From positions 1,824,001 to 1,888,000 of the forward strand of contig CAXXOA010000002.1 in the NCBI GenBank assembly GCA_963666275.2: a stretch of DNA of 64,000 nt. The letters run 5' to 3'. Below, one piece after another: positions 1-10,875 of the stretch. Under the pieces are notes generated by a model. That model was not told the DNA's origin, ran no database searches, and saw only the letters and a program-made list of their open reading frames with translations. Within the stretch, counting starts at the first letter, position 1. The number at the start of each line of letters is the position of its first letter. Source of the stretch: Oceanispirochaeta sp. (GTDB taxonomy: Bacteria; Spirochaetota; Spirochaetia; DSM-2461). The position numbers and the translations under genes were made by a program.

Positions 1-1
1 C

Positions 2-352
2 AATCTGGCTGTGGGGTCCTCCTCCTCTCCGGAACTGATCGCCCTGATCATCCGCAAACTGGGGTTGAGCGACTACTTTGATCACCTTGTCAGCGGTTAT
101 CAGGTGGAAAGGGGAAAACCCCATCCGGACCTGTTTCTGAAAATTGCGGATATCTTCGGGACTTCCCCCGGTGAGTGCGCTGTGATTGAAGACTCCGCCC
201 TGGGCCTGGAAGCGGCCCATGCTGCGGGGATGAAAGCCGTAGGGGTGGATAATCCCGAATCCATGCAGGATATGAGCCGGGCCTCTATCACAGTGGGAGG
301 ATTCACTCCCCCTGAGCGGGAAGAGATTCTGTCAGCTCTTCAAAACTGGTAG
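2..352 (+). CDS. HAD-family phosphatase (beta-PGM/CbbY-like), 5' truncated by window edge
   Basis: RGKPHPDLF and [17 protein letters not shown] motifs (HAD motifs III/IV); frame open to window start. Confidence 0.85.
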   Translation, partial: NLAVGSSSSPELIALIIRKLGLSDYFDHLVSGYQVERGKPHPDLFLKIADIFGTSPGECAVIEDSALGLEAAHAAGMKAVGVDNPESMQDMSRASITVGGFTPPEREEILSALQNW

Positions 353-2252
353 AATCATCGGGATCCCTGAAGTCTTCGATTACAGGGATCTCTTTCTCTG
401 CTGCTGTTTTGAACCAGTTGATATTGCTGTTGAGAAGATTTGTCGAACTGTTTATCCGGACAGCAAGCTGTTTCATTCTTTTTGCCTGTCTGTCGATCAG
501 TTTAAACTCCTCCGACAGGGCCTTTACCATATTGAGTATTCCGGAAGATATGTTTTTCACTTCTTCAATGCTCTGACTTGTCTGTGCCGCAGAACCGGCG
601 ATCCTGTCGCTGTTGAATTTTACCTGGGAGGAGACATCATTGAGCTGCCGCACCGTATCATTCATGCTTGTCGATCCGGCGGCAAAATCCATGATGCCTC
701 TGTGAATCCTCGAATAGGAGAGGGACGACCGGGATATTTCATTATGGATTTTCTGGAAGGCTTCAAATGTGCGGGTTCCCGCTTCATCGCTCTGTTCTAT
801 TTTATCAATGATGGTTCCCAGGGCATCTGTAATCTGGTTTGTATTGGATGAGGAAATTTCCGCCAGCTGCCGGATCTCATCAGCAACCACGGAAAAACCT
901 TTGCCGTAATCCCCTGCATGAGCCGCTTCTATGGCAGCATTCATTGCCAGAAGATTGGTCTGGTAGGCAATTTTTTTTATGGTTTCCGCAATCCCTCTGA
1001 TAACACCAATACTCTCGTAGACTTCGCTTATCACCGACCTGGTGGAGGAGAGGCTTTCTTCACTGATCCGGACCGACTCCTGAAGATCTCTGGAAGATCT
1101 GTCCTGTAACCCCGCTTCCTGTTTCATAACGTCGGCGGATTGCGTCATGGTCAGGACCGCTTCGGATGCTTTTCCCACAATGGAATTCTGATTTCCAATT
1201 ATTTCATTCAGTTCCCTGATATTGCTGTTGATGATGGAGAACTGTCTGTCCGAATCCATCAGATGGGTATGAAGGGCTTTTATTTCCCGGTTCATGTTCA
1301 TCACGCTGTCTATGAAACTGTCGGTTATGCCGTTTATAAGGACCACAGTTTCTTCCAGCTCAATCTTTATGGTCATATTATTGCCGGAAACCTTCTTCAG
1401 TCTTTTGATGATACCCAGCAGGCTCCCCCTGAATTGGTCGATAGTATCATTGAGAAACTGAATTTCATCATTGGATTTCAGATTAACCGGCTTGTTCAGA
1501 AAACCCTCTTTCATAAGTTCAATCCCGTTATGGACTCTGCTTATCCTTTTGTTCATACCTGTTATGGAAAGCAGGAGGAAAAGAAATCCCACCAGTATGA
1601 AAATGACCACAACGGCAATGGACACTGTATATCCCAGTTTCAGAATCCTGCCGGTTTCCTCCATTATGATACTGCTGTTCCTGTCCAGTGTTTCAATGCT
1701 GGTTGTCAGATTGAAACTGAGGTTTATAGCAGTCACAGAGAGTTCCCTTGAGAGATTGGACAGAGTTTCTATGGTTTCCGGATCAGTAATCTGTTCCTTC
1801 TTTATATTCTCTGTATAGAGAGTGAACAGATTGAAGTAGTTTCTGTCTATTCCGGATGTTTCTGTTGTCCTGTCTATCCTGGCAAGCTGATCCTGCAGAA
1901 TCCCTGTATTGGACAGGGAGAGATCTTTCAGAGTGACAATAGCCTGAAGAGCTTCGGCTATGGACCGGCTCAGGGAGGGCAGAATTTCCAGAGTTTCCAT
2001 CTTTTTATAGATAAGATCCGTGTTTTCCCTTGTGTTCCTGTACTCATTGACGGCCTGGAGAAAGGGACTGTTGCAGATTTTTTCCAGAGCTATCAGCTCG
2101 TCTGTATAGGCATTGCGCAGTTCCATGAGGAGTCTCTCCTCGGTTTCGATCATTTTTACTCTGTTGTTGAGGATTGTAAAGAAACCGGCAGCCAGAATAA
2201 AAGAGAAAAACAGACTTCCGAAGATAGTCAGCAATTTAATTCTGATAGTCAT
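303..2252 (-). CDS. Methyl-accepting chemotaxis protein
   Basis: Two TM segments, HAMP-like region, signature [34 protein letters not shown]. Confidence 0.95.
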   Translation of the reverse strand: MTIRIKLLTIFGSLFFSFILAAGFFTILNNRVKMIETEERLLMELRNAYTDELIALEKICNSPFLQAVNEYRNTRENTDLIYKKMETLEILPSLSRSIAEALQAIVTLKDLSLSNTGILQDQLARIDRTTETSGIDRNYFNLFTLYTENIKKEQITDPETIETLSNLSRELSVTAINLSFNLTTSIETLDRNSSIIMEETGRILKLGYTVSIAVVVIFILVGFLFLLLSITGMNKRISRVHNGIELMKEGFLNKPVNLKSNDEIQFLNDTIDQFRGSLLGIIKRLKKVSGNNMTIKIELEETVVLINGITDSFIDSVMNMNREIKALHTHLMDSDRQFSIINSNIRELNEIIGNQNSIVGKASEAVLTMTQSADVMKQEAGLQDRSSRDLQESVRISEESLSSTRSVISEVYESIGVIRGIAETIKKIAYQTNLLAMNAAIEAAHAGDYGKGFSVVADEIRQLAEISSSNTNQITDALGTIIDKIEQSDEAGTRTFEAFQKIHNEISRSSLSYSRIHRGIMDFAAGSTSMNDTVRQLNDVSSQVKFNSDRIAGSAAQTSQSIEEVKNISSGILNMVKALSEEFKLIDRQAKRMKQLAVRINSSTNLLNSNINWFKTAAEKEIPVIEDFRDPDDSTSFEELTESLPAQGE

Positions 2253-2584
2253 TGGTAATACGTCCTGAAATAGTTTTTCTCTATAATTGGTTAGGATTGG
2301 TCTGCTGACAATGAAATTTCATAAAGTTTTATTTTTTAGAAAATGCTTATAAAAAACAGAAATAAAATTGCGATTCGGAAAAAAAAGCAGGAATATAGTG
2401 TAGTAAATCGTAAAATATTCTAATTTATTGGATTTGACAGATAGGTTTTCTCATGGTATTTCGCTTTAGCTCCTCCTGAAAAAAGTGGAAGATTATATTG
2501 CTGTTTTTAGAAATATCCTCCATTTCGTTCCCATTGCAGCTGAAATATAATGCGGTTAAATCAATAATTTTAAAGGAGTTCTAA

Positions 2585-4012
2585 ATGAAAAGACACAAAT
2601 TGCTAGCAGCAGTTGCAATTCTGCTGATTTGTGCTTTGGGTTCCGTTTCCGCTAATGGCCAGAAAGGTAGTGCCAGTACCGGAGACTCCGTGGACACCGT
2701 CAAAAGTGAGGCTGCCAAAACCGGTTTCAGCTGGAAAATGGCAGAAGGCGAGTCCATTAAGGTTCTTTTCAATCAGCATCCCTATGCTGAGTCCATTATC
2801 AAAAAGATTCCCGAGTTTGAAGCGGCTACAGGTATTAAAGTTACCTATGCCATCACACCTGAGGAAAACTACTTTGATAAAGTAACAACTTCTCTTAACA
2901 GCCGATCAGGAGATCCTGACCTGTTTATGAGCGGTGCCTATCAGATCTGGGAGTATGCGGTTCCCGGTTACGTTCAGGAACTGGATCAGTTCATCAACGA
3001 CCCCAACCTGGTTTCTCCCGACTATGATTTTGCAGATTTCTATCCCGGTGTTATCTCTTCTCTTAAATGGGACCTGATTCCCGGCCACAAAGTGGGATCC
3101 GGTAATCTCTGGGCTCTTCCTTTAGGATTTGAGACCAATACACTGGCCTATAACAAAAGGATCTTCGACGAAAGAGGACTGAAACCTCCCAAGACAATGG
3201 AAGAACTGGCAGCGCTCTGTGAAGAACTCCAGGAATTTGATGGTCCCGGTAGTTATGCACTGGCAATCCGCGGTTCCAGAAACTGGGGAACAATCCATGC
3301 CGGTTATATGACAACCTATTCCAACTACGGCGCTAACGATTTCGAAATTGAAAACGGAAAACTGGTTTCCAAGGTTAACTCTCCCGAAGCTATCGAAATG
3401 ACTGAAGACTGGGTTAATCTGATTAAAACCGGTGGATCTCCCACATGGGCAAGCTACACCTGGTATCAGGCCGGTGCCGACCTGGGAGCCGGAAAAGCAG
3501 CTATGCTCTTCGATGCTGACTGTAACGGTTACTTCCAGAATGTTCCCGGATCTTCCAAAGAAGCCGGAAACATCGCCTGGGTACACGCTCCCCTTCCCGA
3601 AGGCGCAAGCGATGTAAATGCCAACCTGTGGACATGGGCTATGGCTATCAACAAAGCTTCCAAACATAAAACCGCTTCTTGGCTTTTCCTGCAGTATTTC
3701 ACCGGTAAAGAGTTCAACCAGTGGGCATCCACAGTAGGTAAAACTGTAGACCCCGCCAGAAAATCTGTCTTTGAAAGCCAGGATTTCGTAAACGTACTGA
3801 AAGCTTCCGAAGGTTACGGACAGGCTTTCCAGGACTCTGTTGCAGGAACTACCATTCAGTTTACTCCCCAGCCCCACTTCTTTGAAACAACCACAGAATG
3901 GGCTGCTACCCTTCAGGATATCGTATCCGGACAGTATGCATCTGTTGAAGAGGGCCTCAATGCTCTCAAGAAAAAGATGGATCGTATTGTTGAAGACATC
4001 GAAGTCGAATAA
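2585..4012 (+). CDS. Sugar/polyol ABC transporter substrate-binding protein
   Basis: Signal peptide, AAGGAG RBS, FEAATGIKV and LAYNKRIF motifs; first gene of CUT1 ABC operon. Confidence 0.92.
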   Translation: MKRHKLLAAVAILLICALGSVSANGQKGSASTGDSVDTVKSEAAKTGFSWKMAEGESIKVLFNQHPYAESIIKKIPEFEAATGIKVTYAITPEENYFDKVTTSLNSRSGDPDLFMSGAYQIWEYAVPGYVQELDQFINDPNLVSPDYDFADFYPGVISSLKWDLIPGHKVGSGNLWALPLGFETNTLAYNKRIFDERGLKPPKTMEELAALCEELQEFDGPGSYALAIRGSRNWGTIHAGYMTTYSNYGANDFEIENGKLVSKVNSPEAIEMTEDWVNLIKTGGSPTWASYTWYQAGADLGAGKAAMLFDADCNGYFQNVPGSSKEAGNIAWVHAPLPEGASDVNANLWTWAMAINKASKHKTASWLFLQYFTGKEFNQWASTVGKTVDPARKSVFESQDFVNVLKASEGYGQAFQDSVAGTTIQFTPQPHFFETTTEWAATLQDIVSGQYASVEEGLNALKKKMDRIVEDIEVE

Positions 4013-4038
4013 TTGAACAATTAAAAAATGATTTATAG

Positions 4039-4066
4039 ATCGGGCTGCTGACTGCAGCAGCCCGAT
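4039..4066 (+). terminator. Intra-operon hairpin after SBP gene (mRNA stabiliser/attenuator)
   Basis: 12-bp stem ATCGGGCTGCTG/CAGCAGCCCGAT with 4-nt loop; no strong U-tract. Confidence 0.6.
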
Positions 4067-4117
4067 TACCGATTATTCGGCTATTTACCATAAAAATAAA
4101 TGAACAGGAGTTCTGTT

Positions 4118-5071
4118 TTGGCTGATATAAATAACGCAAATAGCCTTAAGACTGGTAAGTTAGGCACCCAGACCAGCTTAACAAAGGTTCACTGGACAGT
4201 TAAAGCACGTCCATATTTTATCATGGCGCCCTGTCTGCTTATCACAATCGGTATTTTGTACCCTTTTGCAAGCGCCATATTCTATTCTTTAACCAATTAT
4301 TCTTTCAGGAATCCCACCTGGAAGTTCATTGGACTGCGAAACTGGAAATATCTGTTTACCGACGTGGATTTCTGGCATGCCCTGTTGGTAACCTTTAAAT
4401 ATGCTGCGGCCACAACGATACCGCAGATGCTGCTGGGGCTGGGGATTGCTCTGCTTCTGAACAGAGAGAACTGGTTTACCAGGATCCTCAAAGTCGTCCT
4501 TGTATTTCCTCTTATGATTGCTCCGGTAATTGCCACTCTGATCTGGCAGCTTATGACGAATACCTCGGTAGGTATCCTTGAAAAGTTTCTGAATATCTTC
4601 GGAATCTACGGATTTCCCTGGGCGGCTTCTTCACAGACAGCCCTGTTTACAGCAGCCATGATCGATACCTGGGTTTATGCCCCCTTTGTTATCGTGCTTG
4701 TTTCTGCAGGTATACAGTCCCTGCCCAAGTCTCCCTTCGAGGCGGCAAAAGTGGATGGAGGATCAGCCTGGTTCACATTTAAGACCCTGACCCTGCCCAT
4801 GCTGAAACCTTTTATGTATATCGCCCTGATCTTCCGTCTTATGGCGGCACTGCAGGAGTTTGCCATCATCTTCGCCCTTACCAAGGGAGGACCGGGAAAT
4901 ACCCTGATGAACCTTTCTCTTACAGGATACAACAAAGGCTTTGCCTTCCTGAAGTTTGGTGAGTCTCTGCCGTATGTACTTGTATTGTGGGTGGTTATTT
5001 ACTTTATCAGTAAAAAACTGGTGGGCGATTACCTGCTGACACAGAAAAAAGCCTCTGGTGAAGCGAATTAA
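4118..5071 (+). CDS. Carbohydrate ABC permease (MalF-like)
   Basis: Multiple TM helices, EAA loop FEAAKVDGGS; probable TTG start 7 nt after AGGAG. Confidence 0.92.
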   Translation: MADINNANSLKTGKLGTQTSLTKVHWTVKARPYFIMAPCLLITIGILYPFASAIFYSLTNYSFRNPTWKFIGLRNWKYLFTDVDFWHALLVTFKYAAATTIPQMLLGLGIALLLNRENWFTRILKVVLVFPLMIAPVIATLIWQLMTNTSVGILEKFLNIFGIYGFPWAASSQTALFTAAMIDTWVYAPFVIVLVSAGIQSLPKSPFEAAKVDGGSAWFTFKTLTLPMLKPFMYIALIFRLMAALQEFAIIFALTKGGPGNTLMNLSLTGYNKGFAFLKFGESLPYVLVLWVVIYFISKKLVGDYLLTQKKASGEAN

Positions 5072-5079
5072 AGGAGACA

Positions 5080-5910
5080 TTGATGACTATTGAAAAAATG
5101 CACCATACAGGCAAAGTCGTAAGGAATTTCCTTCTGGCGATGTGGGCTCTCTTTGCACTGTTTCCCATATTCTGGATGGTTCTGATTACATTTAAAAGCG
5201 ATGCGGAAATGTTCCATACAACTTTTATCTTCCATCCCACGCTGGAGAACTATAGGGCTGTTCTGTTCGGAACCGACTATTTTTCCGCTTTCCTTGACAA
5301 TATTATTGTCAGTGCCGGCGCGGTACTCGTATCGGTTCTGGCAGGTGTTCCTGCGGCTTACGCCCTGGCCCGGTTTGAGTTTAAAAAGAAAGAGGACCTG
5401 GCTTTTACCATTCTCTCTTTCAAGTTCGCTCCGGAAATCCTGGTAATCCTGCCTCTGTTCATGATCTACCAGAAACTGGGAATCTACGACACCTATTTCG
5501 GTCTTATCTGGGTATATCAGCTGATTACCATGCCTCTGCTTGTATGGGTCGTCCGGGGGTATTTTGAAGATATTTCCGTGGAGATTGAGCAGGCGGCCCG
5601 TCTGGACGGATACCGCTGGTGGGAGATCTTCTACAAGATGCTTCTGCCTCTGATCAAACCGGGACTGGTTTCTTCAGCACTGCTGGCGTTTATTTTCGCC
5701 TGGAACAGTTTTACCTTCCCCCTGCTGCTGACAAGCTTCAATGTGGAAACAGTAACTGTGGCATCCCTGAAATACATAGCATCCGATACGGTTCACTACG
5801 GACAGATGGCCGTGGCAGCGACAGTAGCAGCAACACCGGAAGTAATTCTGGCCCTTCTGATACAGAAACACCTGGTACGGGGACTCAGCTTCGGTGCTGT
5901 AAAAGGATGA
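5080..5910 (+). CDS. Carbohydrate ABC permease (MalG-like)
   Basis: EQAARLDG loop, AFIFAWN, C-terminal GLSFGAVKG. Confidence 0.93.
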   Translation: MMTIEKMHHTGKVVRNFLLAMWALFALFPIFWMVLITFKSDAEMFHTTFIFHPTLENYRAVLFGTDYFSAFLDNIIVSAGAVLVSVLAGVPAAYALARFEFKKKEDLAFTILSFKFAPEILVILPLFMIYQKLGIYDTYFGLIWVYQLITMPLLVWVVRGYFEDISVEIEQAARLDGYRWWEIFYKMLLPLIKPGLVSSALLAFIFAWNSFTFPLLLTSFNVETVTVASLKYIASDTVHYGQMAVAATVAATPEVILALLIQKHLVRGLSFGAVKG

Positions 5911-5923
5911 TGAGGAGAATATC

Positions 5924-7069
5924 GTGGCTCAGATTGAATTAAGCGAATTAACAAAAAACTATAAAGAGCATTCGGCTCTGAAAAATGTGGACCTGACTGT
6001 CCATGATAAGGAATTCCTGGTTCTCTTCGGACCGGCGGGAGCGGGTAAAACAACCACTCTGAAGATGATAGCCGGCCTGGAGATTCCCGATGAGGGACTT
6101 GTGAAAATCAACGGGGAAGTTGTGAATATTGTTCCTCCTGCCAATAGAAATGTCTCTATGGTATTTGAGAACTACGCACTGTATCCCCACCTTTCGGTGT
6201 ATGACAACATCGCCTCTCCCATGCGGAGCTCTCTCTATAGAGAGGACGAACAGTATATCCATGATGCCATACTGGAAGTGACGAGGAAGATGAAGATTGA
6301 CCATCTCTGGGAAAGGCTTCCTTCCCAGCTCAGCAACGGTCAGCGTCAGAGAGTGGCCCTGGGGCGCTGTCTTGTCAGAAAGCCCAATGTTTTTCTGATG
6401 GATGAACCCCTGGCTCACCTGGATGCCAAACTGCGGCACTTCATGAGAGCCGAACTGAAAGAGATGCAGGCGTCTTTCGATACCACAACCATTTACGTAA
6501 CCCATGACTATATGGAGGCCCTGAGTCTGGGAGACCGGATTGCCATTATCAACGACGGTGAGATCGTTCAGATCGGTACAGGGGAAGATCTGTTCTACAC
6601 CCCCTGCAATCAGTTTGTGGCAGGCCTTATGGGAGAACCGGAAATCAATATTATCCCGGCGGATATTATCAGAGATGACAAGTCGGTCAAAGTGAAACTG
6701 GCCCATCAGAATCATCTTTTTGAGGTCCCCGAAGATGTGGCGAAATTCTTCAGAGGCAACTCTATTGAACAGGTCAATCTGGGGGTCAGGGGAAATGATG
6801 TTTTCTGTGATTCCAAACCCAAAGACGACAAGTCGATTAAAGGATCGGTATACGTTCTTGAACCGATCGGAAACCGGTCCATTCTGACAGCAGATGTGGA
6901 TGGACAGAAAATTCGGATAATTGTTTCCAACAGCTATAACGTGGCTATGGACTCGGATATCTATATCGATCTTGATTTTACGGACATCATTTTCTTCGAT
7001 CGGAAAACCGAGGAATTTCTCATTCGTCACAATCAGGAAAAACTGGTTAAGGAGGGAACCCATGGCTGA
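5924..7069 (+). CDS. Sugar ABC ATP-binding protein
   Basis: Walker A GPAGAGKTT, signature LSNGQRQR, Walker B FLMDEP, TOBE-like C-terminus. Confidence 0.95.
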   Translation: MAQIELSELTKNYKEHSALKNVDLTVHDKEFLVLFGPAGAGKTTTLKMIAGLEIPDEGLVKINGEVVNIVPPANRNVSMVFENYALYPHLSVYDNIASPMRSSLYREDEQYIHDAILEVTRKMKIDHLWERLPSQLSNGQRQRVALGRCLVRKPNVFLMDEPLAHLDAKLRHFMRAELKEMQASFDTTTIYVTHDYMEALSLGDRIAIINDGEIVQIGTGEDLFYTPCNQFVAGLMGEPEINIIPADIIRDDKSVKVKLAHQNHLFEVPEDVAKFFRGNSIEQVNLGVRGNDVFCDSKPKDDKSIKGSVYVLEPIGNRSILTADVDGQKIRIIVSNSYNVAMDSDIYIDLDFTDIIFFDRKTEEFLIRHNQEKLVKEGTHG

Positions 7070-8174
7070 TCTGATCCTGGAAAATGTATTTAAAAGATAT
7101 GACAACAAAAAAAAGAGCAAGGTTGTCAATGACTTTGCTGTCAACAATCTGTCCCTGCACTGTAACGAAGGGGAGTTCATAGGTATCCTCGGCCCTTCAG
7201 GCTGCGGAAAAACAACTACTTTGAGAATGATCGCCGGTCTGGAGGAGATCACTGGTGGAAATATCTTCATCGGTGATACCAGGCTGAATAATCTTGAACC
7301 CAAAGACAGGCATATTGGACTGGCGTTTGAAGACTATGCTCTTTATCCGCCTCTGAATGTCTATGACAACATTGCCTTCAACCTGAGAGCCAAAAAGGTC
7401 TCGGAAGAGGCCATCAAAGAGAGAGTGACCAAAATCGCTCCACTTCTGAAGGTGGATGATCTGCTGAAGGAGAAACCGATCAGTCTGAGCGGTGGTCAGA
7501 AACAGAGGGTGAATATTGCCAGAGCCATAGTCAGAGAACCCAAACTGCTCCTTTTGGATGAACCTCTCTCCCATCTGGACGGCAAAATGCGCCAGGTTCT
7601 GCGGGATGAGATCAAAAGGCTGCACAAACAGATTAACTGTACAACCATCATTGTAACCCACGACCAGCTGGAAGCCATGTCCCTCTCGGACCGAATGGCC
7701 ATCATGAAGGACGGAGTTCTGCAGCAGTTCGGGACGCCCCTTGAGATCTATGATGATCCGGCCAATGAATTTGTCGCCGGGTTTATCGGAGAACCTCCCA
7801 TGAACCTTCTGACTGTTACTATCAAACAGACTGGAAATGATTTTCTCTTTGTATTTGCCGATGAAACCCTCCAGATTCCAGTTCCGGCCCGGTACAACAA
7901 GGTTGTCAGAGACGGAATGAAAGTCCGCCTGGGGGTCAGACCGACGGATGTACTGATCGGATCAGAAAACAGCAAAGGTTCGGATGTGGAAATATCCGTT
8001 TTTGAAGGTCTGGGAGAAGAAAGACGTCTCCACTTCAGGGTGGGAGAGGAGTTTCTGACTCTCATCACCACAGACAAAATATTCTATCGCCCCGGCGATA
8101 CCATAAAACTTGAGTTCCTTTCAGAGAAAACCCATCTGTTTGATCTGGAAACGGGAGATAAAATCCGCACTTGA
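7062..8174 (+). CDS. Second sugar ABC ATP-binding protein
   Basis: GPSGCGKTT, LSGGQKQR, LLLDEP; ATG at 7062 after GGAGG. Confidence 0.95.
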   Translation: MADLILENVFKRYDNKKKSKVVNDFAVNNLSLHCNEGEFIGILGPSGCGKTTTLRMIAGLEEITGGNIFIGDTRLNNLEPKDRHIGLAFEDYALYPPLNVYDNIAFNLRAKKVSEEAIKERVTKIAPLLKVDDLLKEKPISLSGGQKQRVNIARAIVREPKLLLLDEPLSHLDGKMRQVLRDEIKRLHKQINCTTIIVTHDQLEAMSLSDRMAIMKDGVLQQFGTPLEIYDDPANEFVAGFIGEPPMNLLTVTIKQTGNDFLFVFADETLQIPVPARYNKVVRDGMKVRLGVRPTDVLIGSENSKGSDVEISVFEGLGEERRLHFRVGEEFLTLITTDKIFYRPGDTIKLEFLSEKTHLFDLETGDKIRT

Positions 8175-8205
8175 ATTAAGACTTATCCAAACTAAGGAGA
8201 CGAAA

Positions 8206-9282
8206 ATGAGTAATTTACCAAAAAAAATGAAAGCAGTTGTAGCTTATGCCCCCGAAGACTATCGGCTGGAAGAAATTGATACTCCCCGGGCAGGAGAGGG
8301 TGAAATCGTTGTAAAAGTAGAAGCCTGCGGTGTTTGTGCCGGTGATGTCAAAGCCGAACATGGCGCTTCCCGTTTCTGGGGCGGAGACGGTACTCCTCCC
8401 TATATCAAAGCTCCCATGGTTCCCGGACATGAGTTCCTGGGGGAAATCGTTGAGATGGGTGCCAATGTAAAGGGTGATTTCAAAATCGGAGACCGTGTGA
8501 TTTCCGAACAGATTGTTCCCTGCTGGGAGTGTAAATTCTGTAAGACCGGCCGTCACTGGATGTGTGAAAAACACGATGTTTACGGTTTTCAGAACAATGT
8601 AAACGGCGGTATGGCCGAATACATGAAGTTTCCCAAAGAAGCCCTTGTGTATAAGGTTCCCAAACATATCCCCATGAAGGATGCCATTCTGATTGAACCT
8701 TTCGCCTGTTCCAAACACGCGGTAGACAGAGGAAATATCGGAAATGAGGATGTGGTTGTTCTCTCCGGCGCAGGAACTCTCGGTCTGGGTATGGTGGGTG
8801 TTATCAAGCTGAAAAACCCGAAAACCCTTGTTGTCCTGGATATGAAAGACGACAGATTGGAACTGGCAAAGAAATTCGGTGCCGACGTGGTTATGAATCC
8901 CGCCAAGGATGATGTGGTTGCCAAAATTAAAGAGATGACAGACGGATATGGCTGTGATGTCTATATCGAAGCAACCGGACACCCCTCCAGCGTTCAGCAG
9001 GGTCTGGAAGCGATCCGGAAAATGGGAACCTTTGTGGAATTCAGTGTATTCGGACAGCTTACATCCGTCGACTGGAGTATTATCAGCGATACAAAAGAGC
9101 TCGATCTTTTCGGTGCCCATCTGAGTCCCTACTGTTATGAACCGGTTATTGAGTGGATTGAAAACGGCAAACTTCCCACCGAAGGTGTTGTGACTCATAC
9201 CTTCCCGCTGGAAGATTTCAAAAAGGCTTTCGATATGGCTGGAAAAGGTGATGGTTCTCTGAAAATCGTTCTTGTCCCCTGA
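8206..9282 (+). CDS. eltD: Zn-dependent erythritol/L-threitol dehydrogenase-like enzyme
   Basis: MDR fold (C..GHE, CWECKFC..C); FWG insert, SEQIVPCWEC, VDWSIISDTKELD and GAHL match EltD as recalled; adjacent RpiB and DhaK/L. Confidence 0.78.
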   Translation: MSNLPKKMKAVVAYAPEDYRLEEIDTPRAGEGEIVVKVEACGVCAGDVKAEHGASRFWGGDGTPPYIKAPMVPGHEFLGEIVEMGANVKGDFKIGDRVISEQIVPCWECKFCKTGRHWMCEKHDVYGFQNNVNGGMAEYMKFPKEALVYKVPKHIPMKDAILIEPFACSKHAVDRGNIGNEDVVVLSGAGTLGLGMVGVIKLKNPKTLVVLDMKDDRLELAKKFGADVVMNPAKDDVVAKIKEMTDGYGCDVYIEATGHPSSVQQGLEAIRKMGTFVEFSVFGQLTSVDWSIISDTKELDLFGAHLSPYCYEPVIEWIENGKLPTEGVVTHTFPLEDFKKAFDMAGKGDGSLKIVLVP

Positions 9283-9320
9283 TCAGGGAAGAATCACAAC
9301 GTCATACGAAATATATAGGT

Positions 9321-9361
9321 ATCCCCGGATCTGATGATATCACATCAGCAGATCCGGGGAT
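9321..9361 (+). other. Intercistronic hairpin
   Basis: ATCCCCGGATCTG...CAGATCCGGGGAT inverted repeat between eltD and rpiB. Confidence 0.6.
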
Positions 9362-9376
9362 TACCCCGGAGGATAT

Positions 9377-9835
9377 ATGAAGATAGCAGTCGGCTGTGAT
9401 GAAGCAGCTCTGGAAATGAAAGAAGTTATAAAAAAACACCTGGCAGAAAAGGGACATACAATACAGGATTTCGGTGTGTATTCCACAGATCCTGTTCTCT
9501 ATCCCGATATAGCTGTAGCGGTTGGGTCCTCCGTGGCGAAAGGGGAGAATGAGAGGGGAATCCTCATGTGCGGAACCGGACTGGGAATGGCTATAGCGGC
9601 CAACAAAGTTCCGGGAATACGGGCAGCCACCTGCCATGATTCCTTTTCTGCCCAGAGGGCTGTGAAAAGCAATAATGCCCAGATCATGACCATGGGAGCC
9701 CGGGTCATCGGCCTGGAGCTTGCCAAGAATCTGGTGGATATCTGGATGGATTCGGAATTCCAGGGAGGCGGCTCCGCCCCCAAGGTGGACAAGATCATGG
9801 AGTGGGAAAGAGAACTCCATAAATCGGCTAAGTAA
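9377..9835 (+). CDS. rpiB: RpiB/LacAB-family isomerase (likely D-erythrulose-4-phosphate isomerase DerI)
   Basis: GILMCGTGLGMAIAANKVPGIRAA; SNNAQI and GGSAPKVDKI variant; tetritol context. Confidence 0.85.
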   Translation: MKIAVGCDEAALEMKEVIKKHLAEKGHTIQDFGVYSTDPVLYPDIAVAVGSSVAKGENERGILMCGTGLGMAIAANKVPGIRAATCHDSFSAQRAVKSNNAQIMTMGARVIGLELAKNLVDIWMDSEFQGGGSAPKVDKIMEWERELHKSAK

Positions 9836-9854
9836 AAAAGAAGGAGTACTGACA

Positions 9855-10856
9855 ATGCAGAGAATTATCAATGACCCCAATCTTGTTGTTGAAGACATGT
9901 TAAAAGGCTTTCTCAAAACCCATAAGGATATTGTCTCCCCTACGGAGCACGAAAGGGTTGTTAAATATAAAGAAGCCCCCGTAGACGGTAAAGTAGGTGT
10001 CGTAACGGGGGGAGGCTCCGGTCATAAACCGGCCTTTGTCGGGTATGTGGGAAAGAACATGGTTGATGCAGTTGCGGTTGGAGAGGTTTTTGCCTCTCCC
10101 ACTGCTAAAGCTTTCTTTCAGGCTATGAAAGAGGCTGATTCCGGTCAGGGTGTTGCCTGTCTCTACGGCAACTATGCCGGAGACAACATGAACGTCAAAA
10201 TGGCTATGAGGATGGCCGAAAAAGCCGGAATCAAGGTGAAGACCGTTGTAGCCAATGACGACGCCGCTTCAGCTCCCAAAACAGAACTGGAAAAGAGGCG
10301 CGGTGTGGCCGGTGAGATCCTTATGTGGAAAGCCGGCGGGGCCAAAGCGGCTCTGGGCGGAAGTCTGGATGAAGTCATTGCGGCGGCGCAGAAAGCGATC
10401 GATAATACCAGGAGTGTGGGAATCGGTCTTACATCCTGTACCATCCCCGCGGTAGGGCATCCCAATTTCTCTATTGAAGAGGGAACCATGGAAGTGGGGA
10501 TCGGACATCATGGTGAACCGGGCATTAAAGTGGAAAAATTGAAATCCGCTGATGAAATGGCTCAGGAAATGGTGGATGTGATTGTTCCGGATCTTCCTTT
10601 TGAAAAGGGAAATGAGGTGGTCCTGCTCCTCTCCGGTCTGGGTGCCACTCCGGTAATGGAACTGTATATCCTTTACAACAAGGTGGAAGAACTCCTGGCT
10701 GAAAAGGGAATTACTGTCTACAGGTCCTATGTGGGGAATCTATTTACCTCCCTTGAAATGATGGGCGCCACACTGACAGTGATGAAGCTGGATGATGAGC
10801 TGAAACCCCTGATGGATATGGAAATCAATACGATGGGATTGAAACAGTTCTCATAA
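9855..10856 (+). CDS. dhaK: DhaK-like kinase substrate-binding subunit (probably erythrulose kinase)
   Basis: GGGSGH, NYAGD, RRGVAG, GHHGEPG motifs. Confidence 0.9.
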   Translation: MQRIINDPNLVVEDMLKGFLKTHKDIVSPTEHERVVKYKEAPVDGKVGVVTGGGSGHKPAFVGYVGKNMVDAVAVGEVFASPTAKAFFQAMKEADSGQGVACLYGNYAGDNMNVKMAMRMAEKAGIKVKTVVANDDAASAPKTELEKRRGVAGEILMWKAGGAKAALGGSLDEVIAAAQKAIDNTRSVGIGLTSCTIPAVGHPNFSIEEGTMEVGIGHHGEPGIKVEKLKSADEMAQEMVDVIVPDLPFEKGNEVVLLLSGLGATPVMELYILYNKVEELLAEKGITVYRSYVGNLFTSLEMMGATLTVMKLDDELKPLMDMEINTMGLKQFS

Positions 10857-10875
10857 AAAATAGGAGTAATAAAAA